Shown here one piece after another: positions 1-15,817 of a stretch of 64,000 nucleotides of DNA. The notes under the pieces are model-generated. The model was not told where the DNA came from, ran no database searches, and saw only the letters and a program-made list of their open reading frames with translations. The stretch is taken from assembly GCF_009914755.1 (NCBI RefSeq), contig NC_060945.1; one strand, given 5' to 3'. The translations under genes were made by a program, and so were the position numbers. The stretch's first letter is position 1; each line of letters opens with the position of its first letter. Source of the stretch: the human T2T-CHM13v2.0 reference genome, Homo sapiens.

Positions 1-443
1 TTCAGTTACATTTTAAGAGACTTAACTCCAGTTTGTTTGGCATAAACTTCTCATTGAAATGTATTATAACTCTTCCTTCCCCACATTTTAGGTGCTGGTT
101 AGTTGAGGGTCATTTTTAAAGTCTTAAGGTGTTTCCCTAGTGACTTAACAAAAGAAAGGAAAATAAAAGCCTCTTTTTTTACGTACAAAATAGGAAAAGT
201 CTTATTGGTGTATCTCAACATCTTTACTTTGGTATCACTCAGCTAGAAAAATAAGTACTTTCTATACTAAAAATTGATTTACTGAATCTGATTTTTAGCA
301 TTATTATATTTGGAGTTGTATAAATTATATATTTTGCAGTCAATATAAAATAAGGTTATTTTCCCCACTGTTGTCCCTCAGTCTTTACATACTTGAGTCC
401 TCAATCTCCTACATTGTCTTTCATATTATGAGATGTAGTCTCC

Positions 444-746
<303 letters not shown>

Positions 747-2189
747 TCTCCATTACTTTGAGTAACAAAGTCTTATTTGAGGTTGACACATAGACATGGA
801 GCAACCTCTGTCAATAGTAGTTTTGGATGCTTATGGAGGTCACTTGATGGAATGAGTCTAAAAAGTGAAGCAATGAAATGTAACAGATTTTTTAGGTTAT
901 GACCTCACATTTTCAGGTAATGATATTCTAAATCTTTCAAAAAATCATTTTAAAAAGTATTGTTGTAAGTGAAAATAATTAATGTACCTATTGGGTTAAT
1001 GGAAAACACCACCTTTCTGATGTTAAAAAATTTTATCTCATTGTTACTTGAGATAAAATATCCAGTTATAGTATTTTACAGGGATTCAGTAAGTGTTGTA
1101 TCTAAAACAACTTAGAAGTTAAGATTATGTGCTGCGGAAAACCAGATGACTTAAAGAGGATTTAATGACGACAAAGATGCTGATGTTAAAGATGGAGTAG
1201 GCTTTCCACTATATTGAGAAGGGCACCTTATCCAGACAGATTTTAATAAGTGAGATTGGTCTTATCTCTTTGCTTTTGGGACAGCTTTATATTCCTGAGT
1301 GTGCTGTGCTCAGCCAGATGTGATAATGTCAAAGCCGGTAGTGATTGTAGAGATGGTTATTCAGGGGTGGTCACCTTTTTTTTTTTTTTTTTTTCGTGCC
1401 CCAGCATACTTGAGCAGGTTAGGTTACATTCTGGCAAAAAACAGGCTCCCAGGACAATTCTTGGGAGATGGGGGAGGGAGAGAGTGGTGTATATATTTTG
1501 AAGAGGTCTTAACTACACAGTGATTCTACCCCTGTGTGTGAGGGCCTGGGCTCTTTGGACAGATGACATGTTTTTTCCAGTGTTATGGAGTTAACCTTAG
1601 AGCTGGGACCAGAACCCTGGACTTGCTCCTTGTGCCAGTTTTAATTTTCTCAGCCACACCCTTTTCTTTCCTTTTATTTTGTACCCTTTTTTCTTACTAT
1701 TTTCAATAGAATTTTAAATGTCATATGTTTAATAAGATGGAAACTGCTGATATAAATCAAGAAGCAGTCTTTAAATTTTAAATAATGGTACATTTATGGA
1801 GACATTATCAACTAATTTAATTTCTTTTTCTGACTTTTTAAGTCACCTCTTTTTTCCAAGTCACCATGGCTTGGAACCGCTGAGTCATTCTTGAATCCAG
1901 CTGTCTCTTATCTGTCGTCCGTATTGAAACAGGTTTTGAAGTCCTGTCAGTCTGCTCTCAGAGTGTCTCTTCATGCATCTCCTTCCTTTCTTTTGCTGAC
2001 AATTCCCTCCTTAAGGGCTCTCACCGTCCCGTGCTTGGGCTGGTGCAGTAAGCAACTGATAGATCTCTATTTGTGGTTCCTCCTGGTTCCAGTCCACCTT
2101 ACACATTCGTTCTATCATTTAGCATTTGCCATTTGCCAGGTACCATTTTAAACATTAACTCTTTACTGTTCTTAGTACCTTGAGGTTTA

Positions 2190-2310
2190 AGTACTGTTAT
2201 AAACCCATTCTGCAGATGGAAAGGGAGGTATGGATTTAATTGATTTGCCCAAAGCGACACAGAAGTTGGTAGCTAGCTAGTAAATGGCAAAATTGAATCC
2301 AGACTCCTTA
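2190..2310 (-). mobile_element. MIR fragment
   Basis: cccattctgcagatggaaa...tgatttgcccaaagcgacacag resembles the MIR core. Confidence 0.65.
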
Positions 2311-3368
2311 TGGTGTTAATTGCTATAGCTAAAGATGAAACTGGAGTTGTGCCACTCCTTGCACACTTTTATCTGGCACCCTCTTAGGCTGTTTTAGAAA
2401 ATCCCATGTTTTAGCTTGCCATTCTGTTGACCCAGCCTGCCTTTCTAGCCTTAACTTACCCCTCTGTCTATATTCTATTTTCCAGCCAAATAGGAGGTGA
2501 CGTTTAAGCTGCTACTTGAAAGAGAAGTGGGAGTTAGGCAGAGCAGTAGGGGAATCATGTTTGGGGAAGAGTGAAGAGTGTACTTGAGAGAGTGTGGAGG
2601 TGCCTTGGAGGAGCTGGAGCCCAGAGGTGCCCCATGAGAACAACACAGGAGGCTGCAGGTGGAGGTGGGTGCCTGATTGTAGAATGCTTTCTAGTTGTCT
2701 TCCACAGGACATTTTTGGGAGCTATTCACAAGATTCATGGCTACCGTGCTCTAAAATTTGATGTGAAGTTCATTTTTCCTGGACTTCTTACTTAATTCCT
2801 CTGTCTTTTGGCCCAGCCACCCCTTTGCCAGTTTACACGGGTGATGAGCAGGCTGTTTGGAAAGAACGTCCTCGAGCAGGGTGCTGTTTCCTAACCCTGC
2901 GTCTTTTTCCCCTCTGAGATCAGTTTATCTTTATTCACTTGCAGGTGTTCAACAATCTTGTCTTTTATGGGGAATTTCTAATGTGTCTTGAGCACTTTCC
3001 CACCCTCCTATCTTGGAGGCATGGTTCAGAGTGGAAAAGGGCGCGGGCCCACCTACCTCTGGCCTTCCCACCTCAGCCACCATGCTTAGGGCCGTGGTGG
3101 AGTGCTTGACCTCTTTGTGTGTACAATGCAATACATGCTGGAATAATGCCACCTTATGCATAGGGCTTTTGTGGGTGTAAGGGCATACCGGAACAAGTTG
3201 GCATAGAATAAGAGTTCAGTGAATGTTGTCACTACTTTTTATTACTTTTTAATTGTGAAAAACTCACAGATTCTGTAATAAAGGGTCATAGAAACCTGCT
3301 TTATCCATACTATCATTACTGAGAATACTTTCTGGTTTGGAAAATTTGCTTGAGAGGTAAAAAGAAAA

Positions 3369-3888
<520 letters not shown>

Positions 3889-4599
3889 TAAAGCGTCTCT
3901 GGTCAGATGAATATTTTGCCTTTTGGGTATTTTTAAATGGAAAATTTATGTAAATAATCAGTGTTTTAATTAGAATCACAAAGCCAAATGATTGCCTCAT
4001 TGGATAATTTTAAGTATTATGCTGCAATTCAATATAGGTACCAAGTACTTAACTAGACTTAAAAATATCTTGTATGTTTAACAGCTGTTTAGCTAGAACT
4101 AAAAAAGAGCAAGTCCTCTATGTGTATGCTTCTCCCCTTTTCTCCCTGGGATGGGAGAAGGAAAAAGTTAATTTTTTTCCCCCTTGACTGCTGTTGCTGT
4201 GCCTGCTTTAGAAGAAGACAGAGGTAAAGATCAGGGAAGGCAACTTTGTTTCCAAAGAAACATTATGTGCCTGAAACTTAGTAACACCTTCAGACACTTC
4301 TTAAAATGGCTTGGTTATGGCATAGCTGAAGGTCTGAGGCTGTGGTAGGTAACCTTCTGCCTGTGTTGTATTCCTGGCCGCCTCTGTGTGTTCTGACCCT
4401 GCTCCTCTAGAGAGGAAAGCAGCTAAGCAGGCACCTTTCAACTTTTGAATGGCTTCATAGTATTACAGCATTTAGATGTGTTGTGCCATTCCCCCTCTTT
4501 TTGTACTTACGGGTTTCTTGGAAGACAGCTGTAATATGCCTGTAGGCACGCTAGACAAAGTTATGGTCAAGGGGGCGGTAGGGGAGGGCATCTGGGTAA

Positions 4600-4604
<5 letters not shown>

Positions 4605-4649
<45 letters not shown>
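4605..4649. repeat. (TG)n microsatellite, ~22 units
   Basis: Read directly. Confidence 0.97.
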
Positions 4650-4651
<2 letters not shown>

Positions 4652-7624
4652 ATATACATATGTATTATATTTTAAAAATTTTACATAACTAGTATTTCAC
4701 TATCTTTTTGATTTTGAAAAAAATGAACTAAGTTGAACTTTAACCACCATTTATTAAAACATTTCTTTTAAGCTCTAAACAGAGGCTCCAGATCGTCTTT
4801 GAGGCACATTTCCTGTCCCCTGGCAACTCTGTGTGTAACGTTTCAAACCCAAGGCATTGTACAAGGGAGAGGAGTACTTTGGGTTTACATGGTTGAGGGT
4901 GATGATGAATCCTCTTATTTCATGTGTAAGAAGACCGGGTTATTTGTTGCCATGCCCCACACTGATGCTGGGGCCAAGGCAAGCAAAAGGGGACGCCTAA
5001 GTCCTAGCCTAATGTCTGTCTTCTGTAGAGCAAGCTGAACTTTCAAAGGTATTTCTCGTTTTACCTGTTTTGTAAATGAATATGCTAACTTTGCACGCCG
5101 CAGAGGAATGTGAGATATAGAGAGCAGGCCGAGGTCCATGGGGCTTCATAAAGGGCATTTTGAGCAGCTGGAGGCTTGTGGTTACCATGTCCAGGCTCTT
5201 CCCCTGCTCTCCTTAACTATCCTACAGATGCCTCTGACCTGGGAGGAAGGAAGAGAAGCCCTCATCTCCTGACTGAGAGTGGGAAGTGGCAGTCACTGAA
5301 TGTGCTTGCCGTGTGACATTACTGCATGTCAGGCTGGCAGTTCACTGTTTTGTGTGTGGAGGACTGTTTCTGATGCTCTCTGCTATTTGCTAAGCCATAA
5401 ATAAGGATATACCGTCTGACAACTACTATAATAGTATGAAGGACAGCTTTGAAATCAAGACGTCTGATAACCTTAAGCTGTGGTCACTGTCATTTTTCTC
5501 TTGAAAGATCCTGGACTCTCAGGATCTGGCTTACCATCTTTGATGGACAATCATTTTATTAGCTTGCTTGAAAGAATTAGTTCCTCTGTTATAATCACTG
5601 TAGTGTCAGTTGGAATGACTTGAGCCATTTTTGTAAAACTTGTGAAATCTTTATGTATTTATGAAAGTTAAACTTACTGAAGGCTGAATGACTGCAGTGA
5701 AAGTATGAATCCTTTAATTAAATAAGTGGTTAGCATTTATATAAGCAGTCTAATTAGGACCCCAAATATTTGTTCATTTTCTTTAGGGCTACTAACCTGG
5801 ATGCCCGATGGAGTAATCATCACTGTCCTGTGTAGATCTTGTAGATTTTTGAAAGTACTTTCTGTCTCACAGTGGTGGTAGATTTTGTTTATTTAATTAT
5901 TTAGGGGGCATGTTTTCAGTTTAGCCTGATTAGTTACCTGCTGAATAAATAATGTTATTCTAATACCCTGCTAGGAAGAAATTTATGTAATTGAAATTCT
6001 GATTTCTATGTAACGTTCTGTTTTCGTATTGAGACATGATACTGCCTGACAGGGCTGCTTCAGCAGCTGTCATCTGGTTTGTTGTTTCTTGTGTTGTTAT
6101 ATGGATTCTGCTAGCCTAAAAGGCATTCTTCTCTGTGTCTCTGCAGGGCTGTCCAGTGAGTCATCTAAAATTAAACTTTGATCAGAAATAAGTTTCGTTT
6201 TTTTCCCGCAAAGGACTGGAGTGAGTGGGCTTGAGAATACTTGTATGCAAATTAAAAATATATATATTCATAAATATTTGGGAGCATTAGGTCAAGTGCC
6301 AATTAAGTCAGGAAGGATCCTGCAGCCATAGTCATGAAGATAAACTTTTTAAATTGCATTTGCTCAAACTTAAACATGTTTGTGAGTATTTTGTATAAGC
6401 GACCATTATTTCAGTTGCTATGTTAGATTTGTTGCTTTCTTTAGCATGGATTTTTTTTTTTTGGTAAAGTGTTAGTTTTTAATGTTTCAAAAGATTTTTT
6501 TTGCAGTCATTTAAAATCAATTGTCAGTTAATACCTAAAATTCGGCAGATTGTATGTTTTATTTATTGCAACATGTTGAGAATCTTTTGTTTCCTGTTGA
6601 CATTTTAAAAATCTCCTAATGGCAGATTGATTTGTCTGTGCTCTTTTTGTATTATTAAGTCAGGCAGCAGATACTTAGAGAGCTTCTGCTGTTTTAAGCC
6701 ATGGGGAGGCAGTAGCGAACAAAAGGGGTGGGGGAGTCTTGCGGCGTTCACATCTCAGAAATGTTACTGCGCTATGAGGGAGACTTTGGCCTCTAATCCA
6801 CTGTTAGCCACTAGCCTCCAGTCAAAGTTAGAGAACCACCGGTCTTCATTCTTTTCATTAAGTGGTTGGACTTGTCTAAAAAGGTTTAATTTCACCTCCA
6901 GACTTTGTCTTGAGACATTGCGTGTCTTTGTTTACCTGTCTTTTGTTTCCAAACGTCCCTACGCTCATTCCTAGATTTAATTAAGGGCTCAAAGACTGCT
7001 CAATACCTTGTTTTGTACTAAGTAGGGAAGAATTTTAATTTAAATAGGTTTCATTACTGATTATTAATTTAAAATTTATGGGCACTACAAGAAAAACTAT
7101 TTCTCTACCTGGAATTTTCATGACTGCCAATAACTTAGTACTAGGTGGTATTATCTGCTTTATTCATTCTTATTATTTAAAATATTTTATAACTTTAGGA
7201 TATTAAAGAAAATATAAATTTACCCATATTATATGTTATCCTCTGTACAATATGATAATTTATGGAATCCAGCAGCTATATGTTGGATTACTATTTTAAT
7301 CTTTTCTGTCTTCCAGATGGTATTACCAAAAATAAATCCTTGGCCTCCTATTTCAGCTGTAAGAATTTGGCTTACCTTTTGTAATCAAGAGTGGTAAGGG
7401 CCCTTTTACTGTAGGGTTAAGTAAGATTTTCTGTTATTTAGTTGTTGAGGATAGTACAGTTCCTAAAAAATGATACGTGCTTGTTAAATACAGAATGAAT
7501 GAAAAGCACACATCTGCATATTAGTCTTAAAGTTTTAAGATGATTATTTTTGATTTTCAAATATAGGTAGTATTTCATTTTATTTAAGTTATACATTTAT
7601 TTAAATTATCTAAGTTATAATAAA

Positions 7625-7661
7625 ATGGCAAAACCACAACTACTTTTACACCAACCGAATA
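7625..7661. mobile_element. Half MADE1 (single mariner TIR)
   Basis: atggcaaaaccacaactacttttacaccaaccgaata resembles the MADE1 right arm. Confidence 0.7.
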
Positions 7662-9330
7662 CTTACATTTATTTCTCCTGTCCTTTGTGCTGTGATTGTT
7701 TTATTTATATGTAATAAACTCCACAATGTTATTTTTGCTTTGAACAGTCAGTTGGCTTTCAAAAATATTAAGAAAAAATGTCTTTTATATTTATCTACAT
7801 ACATATTTACATTTCTGGTGCTCTTTATTCCTTTGTGTGAATCTCAGTTTCTGTCTGGAATCATTTTCCTTCTGTGAACTTGTGTGAACATTTTTTGAGG
7901 GCGGATCTACTGTTGACAAATTCTTTCACTTTCATGGGTCTGAAAAAGTATTTTGCCTTCGTTTTTGAAGGGTGTTCTCACCGGATATAGATTTGTAGGT
8001 TAAAGGTCTTTTTTATTTTCATCATTTAAAGATGTTTTATTTTCTTCTGGCGGTGCACATGGTTTCTGGTGAGAAAGTGGTGACTCCCCTATATGGAAAC
8101 AGGTGTTTTTGTCTCTGGCTGCTTTTACAATTTTTTTCTTCATCATTGGTTTTCAGCAGTTTGGTTGAGTTGCCTCAGTGTGATTTTTGTGTGACTTTTT
8201 CCTTTTTTTTTTTTTTTTAAACTTGTTTTCAGTTTGGTTAATTTATATTGCTTTGTTTTTCCATTCACTTATCTTTTCTTCTGCGGTGTCTGAACTGCTA
8301 TTAGGTCCGTTCAGTGAATTTTTCATTTGAGTTATTTTGTTTCTCATTTTTAGAATTTCCATTTAGTTCCTTTTCGTAGATTCTATTTCTCTATTAAGAT
8401 TCACTATTCCCTTATTTTGTCCATGTTTTCCTTTATATTTTAAAACATTCATAATAGTGGTTTTGGTCTGCTAACTTCACTCTTTCTGTCATTTCTGAGT
8501 CTTAAATGGATTTTTTCCTCCCGAATACAGACCACATTTTCTTGCTTCTTGCTGTGCCTAGTGAATTGGGCTGGCTATGGGGATGAGGAATGCTGGCCCG
8601 TGAGTGTTTGGATTTTGTTGTTCTCTTTAAAGAGTGTTGAATGTCGTCCTGGCAGGCTGTTAATTCACTTGCAGACCATCTTGATCCTTTGAGGTTTGTT
8701 TCAGTCTCTGTTAGAACAGGGGCCAGCCTTTACTGTAGGGCTGGATTAGCCCTAGCCCTAAATGTGGATTTTCTGGGGTCTCTGTTGAATGTCTGTGGGT
8801 TTCTCCACTGTAGCCTGTTTGAACACTCAATGTCTTACAGTCTTGTGTGAATTTTAGTAGTTATTCAGTTCACAGTTCCCTGGTAGTTGTTCTGTGCCTG
8901 GCTTCATGGTCCTTCTCCCAGTGCTTGTGCAGCTTAGCATTTGGCCAAAGAGTCAAGGAGAACCCTATGTACGGATTGATGGAGCTCCTTCTCTTTTTGT
9001 TACCTGCTGCACAAATTCCAGCCAATTCAGTGGCCTTGAACTCTTCCTTCTGTCTCTGCAGCACAGTGAGATTGCTGTGTTCTGTTTGGGCTCCCCCTTC
9101 CTATATTGTACCCTGGAAAGTGCCTCTAGATAGGAAACCAGGGGGATTGTAGGGCTCACCAAGAGTGATTTCTTTTTTCAGTCATCACGATTCTGCACTG
9201 CCTGTTGTCCAGTGTTTGAAAACGGTTATTTCGTATGTTTTGACTAGTTCTTTAGTTGTTTATGATGAATGAGGGAGTCTGGTACCAGGTACTCTACAAA
9301 GGTCATAAGTGGAAATCTGATAATACAAAT
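7662..9330 (-). mobile_element. Old L1 (L1M-type) fragment
   Basis: T-rich, with antisense L1 motifs (ctttcactttcatgggtctgaaaaagtattt; ccgttcagtgaatttttcattt). Confidence 0.7.
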
Positions 9331-9505
9331 TCCTAAGGGTAACATGTTTTTATCCATAACCCATTGTTACTAACAATTTTAATATATAGATTCAGTTAAT
9401 CTTTCATGCTGAAAAACCTGAGATTTTATTTACGTCTTATATGAGCAATTTCATTGTGTTTCTAGATAATTGAGTATGCTCTTTTGGCTAGTGGGTTGAC
9501 AAGCT

Positions 9506-9541
9506 TGTGTGTGCATGTGTGTGTGTGTGTGTTTAATGTTG

Positions 9542-9592
<51 letters not shown>
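9506..9592. repeat. Interrupted (TG)n microsatellite
   Basis: Read directly; perfect run at ~9546-9592. Confidence 0.95.
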
Positions 9593-9595
<3 letters not shown>

Positions 9596-9729
9596 CCTGT
9601 AGTAACACATATTGGCCACTAGAGGGTAATAAGAAAGCAGTTCATTTGTTCTTATTGGCTCACTGTTACTAAATAGTCCTTATCATTAGACTTTTTGCAT
9701 AGTCACAGTCATTGCTTACTTTCACTTTA

Positions 9730-10070
9730 ATATATATTTATTTAACACCTTCTGTGGAGCCAGGCACTGCACTGTGTGCTTGGGATATAAAAATGAGTAA
9801 GAGCAGTTGACTGAGCAATAGCTGTAGCCTGTGCTATAAGACTTTTCTCTGCTTTTGATTCAAGAACCTCTCATTTAAAAAATACTACATTCATCCTTAC
9901 CTCCCGTGCAGTCCCCTCCCTCCCTCTCTCAATGATTTCTTCACAGTCTAAATATTCCTGATGGATTCAGTTCATTCCTTTATTGCACAGATATTTATTG
10001 AATGCAGGCCATGTGCCAGGCACTGTTCTTGGTGCTGATGATAAAATCGTGAACAAAGCTTACTCATGGA
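9730..10070 (-). mobile_element. Two L2 3'-end fragments
   Basis: tatttattgaatgc...atgtgccaggcactgttctt motif seen twice. Confidence 0.65.
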
Positions 10071-11053
10071 CTTTCGTTCACTTACCCTCTTAATCATGTG
10101 CCTTTATTTCCGGCCATCATTAGAGGTGCAATTCATTTTGGATGTGCCTTGTTGCTAGGGACCTCGTGGGTTTTTGCCCACATAAGCTTGGTTGCCCTCC
10201 TCATTTCTTAGTGGATTCTGTCTTAGAACCTCAGCCTCATAAGTTTCCACATTTAGATGCTATAGTTTTAATTAAATTATTTTCATTTACTTTTTGTTCT
10301 TTAATATTGTTCTTTGATTTAACTGTTTCTCTTTAAAATCTACTATCAATTAATACTGTCACAGGAATGGTCCCCTGTTAACACATTACTAACAAAGAAA
10401 TTCAGGTTAGGTAAGAATAACATTCAGATCTACAAGTAGAGCTACGTGTGGGTTATGTATCAGAGATGATGGCTTCTGATACTTGTTATTTTTACTTTTT
10501 TGTTTTTAAACTTAGGGTCTTTTCTCATGCTTTTTGTATTTGCTGTTTCCTCTGTGTTTACCACTATCTTTTTGAATCTTATGTCCCAGTCTTTGAGATG
10601 TGTTGTTTATGAAATATTTCTCTGTAGAATCAGTGCTGATCCATACTGGTAATATGGTCTCTAGTTATTATAGTTCCTTGCTAGAACATAGTAACGTGGC
10701 TGAAGTAAGAAAGCTGCTTCATTTTTCTTTTAGTAAAATATTGAATTTTTCCCAAGTTTAGCAAAGTTACAGAAACATGCTCATGGTAAAAATGATCCAT
10801 ACAGTTCAGAAGCACGTAAAGACAGAACTCCACATGCATGATTTTCTCCAACATGCTTTCCATACTGTTTGACAGCAGTTGAAAATACTTTGGAACTGCA
10901 CTCCAAATGATGATTTTAGATAGCTTTGAATTATTTGTTAAGTTCATCATTAAATTATAACATTATCTGATGTTAAAACATGTATTGTGATACATTCTTA
11001 AGCTAAGATATTATTATACTGAGTTGAATAAAGATTATATAATACGGTAGATA

Positions 11054-11137
11054 GTAGGTTGAACCATATGAAATTACTGTTTTTGTAAGCCAAGGGTAGT
11101 CAGAAATCTATCAGCAGTTTCATATGGTTCCGCATAA
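11054..11137. mobile_element. MADE2 mariner MITE
   Basis: Inverted ends taggttgaaccatatgaaa / tttcatatggttc with TA flanks. Confidence 0.85.
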
Positions 11138-11823
11138 TACTTTATATGATCATCCCTGTTACAGGATGAACTGAGTCATTTTTTCCATTAACATTTGCAT
11201 TAAAATTTTAGGAAGATAGAAACTTAAGAGTAAAAACATGGGTAATTTGCTTAATTATGAAATCAGGTTAACTAGAAATACGCATATTAGTTTTGTCCCC
11301 TTGGAATCTTATCATAGGAAAGGAATGAATGAATGGATAACTTAAATACTTTTTGGTGTTGCAGGAGGAAATTAAACTTAGGTTTATTCTGAATTTCATA
11401 CACAGCAGTCGAGTTAAGAAAGGAGACAATGAGCATGTGGCAAGCACACCTCGTTTATATACCATGTTTACCAGCAGTCCTCCTGTACTGGTGGCTTAAT
11501 CTTTCTTCACTTTCACTAAATAACTGATAATGTCACTAACTAGTTATGATAGGTGTTATAATACATAGCTAAAAAGGTACCAGAAGTGAAAAAGTTTTTT
11601 CTTGCCAATTCACATTCAGATCATCCACAGCAAATTCCAAAAAGAACATCAGATTCTTTGTCACCTAGCATATCACCGTTATGCATGGGAATGTGTATTA
11701 TTCTCCCTAAAAAAAGTTTCAACTTTATAACTAGAAAAGTAAATCTATTGGGGAAAAAAAACCCTCTAGTGTATTGTTTAGATAGACTATAACTTATTTT
11801 TGGATTATCCACTACTTGAATTA

Positions 11824-12222
<399 letters not shown>

Positions 12223-13597
12223 TCAAGCTCTACTGAATCAGAACCGTCATTTTTAAAAAGATTGAAAAACAATTTGCAGGCACATTAAAGTCCAAGAAGT
12301 GCTGTTACAGATTATGAATGGCATTGTCACCTCCGCAAGACAGTGCTGATGCAGCCCCTCAGTAAGTGCTTGTTGAATTTAATGCATATAATTCACTCAA
12401 TCTAGATTCAAAAAATGAAACAAGTATTTCAGGAGGGTAGTGATAACAGCAGTAATCAAGGGAACTACCTGTTTCTTTGTAATTCTTTCATAGCTATCTG
12501 GATGTCACAGAATTACCCATCTTTCCTTCCAGATGCATCTTTCAGTCTGATTCTATCCATGCTGGATGGTCATTTGGATGTCTTGTGAATACAGTAGATA
12601 TACACACATATGTGTATGGATGAGAGAGCAACAGAATTAAAACAGAAATCAACATAGTGGATGAGTTTAGGGAGTAATTAGATTTTGATTAGTCAAGGAT
12701 GCATAATCTTTTGTAATATTGTAATATATAAGGTAACTAAAAAATAAAAATATGGGGAGATGATATAAAAAATTCCAGCAAAAGATAAGAAAGGAAAAGG
12801 AACATAAAACAGTTGGAACAAATAGATTGTTAGTGTTCATTTATAGATACAGCTCAACCACATACTCTTTACAAGAGATAAACCTAAAATACAAGGAAAC
12901 AGAAGAAGGTAAAGGTAAAAAGATGGACAAAAGACATACCATACAAAAATTGATGCAGAGAAGGCTTGGTGTAGTCAGACTGATAACAGATAAAGCAAAA
13001 AGCTTTACTAGAAATAAAGAGGGCAGTTTATGATGATAAAAGGTATTATTCATCAGGAAGGCATAACAACCCTGAATTTGTATTATCCAGTATAACACTT
13101 TAAGTAGGAGATTTTTAATACATTGTTGTTGGTAACTGATAGAACAAGATGAGACCAAAATTAAAAAAAAAATACCTATATAAGACAGCATACTTAATAA
13201 AATTAAACCTTTGATGAGGCGGACCATGAAGAAAGAGAAGACCTCATTAACCAATGTTGAGGTGAAGAGGATATCACAAAAGCTTATGAGAAGATATTAT
13301 AAAAACTTGATGTCAGTCCATTTGAAATTTAGATGAAGTTATACTATTAGAAAACTACAACTTAACAGACACAGCAGAAAATAGAAAATCTGAATAGTCC
13401 TATTAAACATGATCCTTAGTGGAAAGAGCTACCCACTAGTTTTGAAGTCTTTGGGATTTACAAAAGAAAAAAAAAAAAAACAAAACAAAAAAACGGAAAC
13501 TATCCACAAGCAAAACTCCTGGTCCAGAAGGTTTCACCAGTGAATCTACCACACACGCATAAAATCATGACCAAATCGCATTCCAGAAATGGAAAAT

Positions 13598-13890
13598 CTT
13601 TTTTTGTTTGTTTTCACAGGATCTTGCCCTGGGCTAGAGTGCAAGTGGTGCAATCATGGCTCACTGCACCCTCCTCCTCCTGGGCCCAGGTGATCCTCTA
13701 ACCTCAGCCTCCTGAGTAACTGGGACCATAGGCATGTGCCACCACACCCTACTAATGTTTTAATTTTTTTGTAGAGATGGGGTCTCACTATGTTGTCTAG
13801 GCTGGTCTCAAACTCCTGGGCTCAAGTGATTTTCCCACCTTGGCCTCCAGATTGCTGGGATTACTGGTGGGAACCACCATGCTTGGCTCA
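13598..13890 (-). mobile_element. AluJ-like
   Basis: Antisense Alu dimer. Confidence 0.88.
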
Positions 13891-14472
13891 AGGAAAGTCG
13901 TTTATCATTTCAAAAATCAATCAGCGTCATTCACCACATCAACAGAGTAAATCAGAAAGGTCATCTCATTTCAGTAGATACAGAAAGAGCATTTAATAAA
14001 AGTCAGCATCTATTCATGAGGAAAAGGTCTTAGAAAACTAGCAGTAGAAGGAAACTTTGTTAATCTGGGAATAGTATCTGTTAAAAACCTGCAGCAACCA
14101 TAATACTGGAGAAATGTTGAAAGCTTTCTTTCTAAGAAAGCTGTATTTCCAAGATTGAGAATATGTGAGAGTAGTGTCTGTTACCTCCTTTTTAAATCAT
14201 CACTGTACTAAAGGTCCCAGCAAGTAGAATAAGGCAAGGGAAAGAATAAGGATTGGAAAAGAAAAATAAAATTGTTCAGATGCTCACTAGCCACATGTGG
14301 CTATTTGCTACATTACTGATACAGGTAAATCCATCATTGCGGAAAATTCTGTTGGGCACCACCATTCTATAGAGATCAATGCAATTTCAATTTCAACATC
14401 CCAACATGGATTTGTTTTGGTGGATTTGATGAGGTGAATCAGGAACTTACATGGAATAGCCAAACTTACTTA

Positions 14473-14765
14473 CTTTTTTTTTCTTTTAGAGGTAAGGTCT
14501 CTGTTACCCAGGCTGGAGCACATACAGTGGCACAATCATAACTCACTGCAGCCTTGAAATCTTGGGCTCAGGCAGTCCTCCCACCCGAGCCTCCTGAGTA
14601 ATTGGAACTACAGGTGTGCGTCACCATGCCTGGCTTTTTTTTTTTCTTACAGAGATGAGGTGGTGGTGTGTTTCCCAGGCTGGTCTCAGACTCTCGGGCT
14701 CAAGTGATTCCCGCCTCGGCCTCCCAAAGCCCTGCAATTACAGGCATGAGCCCCTGCGCCTGGCC
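14473..14765 (-). mobile_element. AluJ-like
   Basis: Antisense Alu dimer. Confidence 0.88.
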
Positions 14766-15817
14766 TGCCAAAACATTCTTGAAGAAGAACAGAATTTCCT
14801 GTTGGATCTTAAAATTTTTAAAGCTATTGTAATTTAGGTAGTGTCCAGTTCTTGAACAGAGACCTAGGTAGGTAAGTCTGTATCCAGTAGAACAGAATAG
14901 GCAGTCCAAAACTAGATCCAAGCATAAAGGGAAATGTGATTTATGATAAGGATGGGGTTACAGAGCAGTGGAGAATGTTTGTCTTTTAAATAATTGGTTA
15001 AGGATCAATTGGATGTTAATTTGGAGGGGGAAATGAAACTTGATTCCTATTTTACACAGAAGTCAAATGCAAATGGATTTTGCATTTAGATGTGAGAGAG
15101 AAAGCCCAGTGTTGTTTAGAAGGTAATAGATTTTTTTCATGACTTTGATATAAGGAAAAATTTCTTAGATTCCAAAAGTATAGTACTAATTGTAAAGCAA
15201 AAGTTGATAAAATTAAGAACTTTTATTCATCAAAGTATACCATTAAGAGGGTGACAAGGCAAGCTGCCTGTAACCAATAGGGGCTCGATCATATTCAGAA
15301 TATGGATTTTTAAAAATCCTAGAAATTTGTAAGAAATGGGCTTACAATTCAGTAGAAAAAATAGAAAAGCAACCTGAATGTACATTTCACGATGTGATGT
15401 ATAAGTGGCCAATAGACATGCAAAAATGCTCAGAGTAACTAGGAAAATGCAAATTAAAAACCACATTGGAGTACCACAGCACAAATACACTTAGCATAAT
15501 GGCTGAAATTAGACTGATGATTGCATGCCATAGTGAAGGAGTGGAGCGTGAGAATTTTTCATAAACTGCTAGTGGATAAATTGATTGGAACAAAAAAAGA
15601 CCAGAAAAACAACAGGACAGCATCTCTGTGTATACCAAACGATGCATAACAAGAAGCTTACAAGTGGCAGTGTTCATAGTAGCCCCAAACTGGAAATAAT
15701 CCAGGTGTCGGTCAGTAGTAGAATGGATAAATTATCATTTGTCCATATTGTTGTAAAGCAAGGTAATGGACAAACTGCAGTTTATAGGCATAAGATGAAG
15801 TAAACAATTCTACTCTA

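Larger units (their letters stand above)
12680..15815 (+). mobile_element. Degenerate L1 (ORF2 to 3' end) interrupted by Alus and a MER3-like piece
   Basis: A-rich; L1 motifs gaaaatctgaatagtcctat, ggtttcaccagtgaat, atagccccaaactggaaa. Confidence 0.8.

Noticed and set aside
12841-13254. 137-aa hydrophobic ORF
   Set aside because: Antisense of A-rich L1 sequence; compositional artefact
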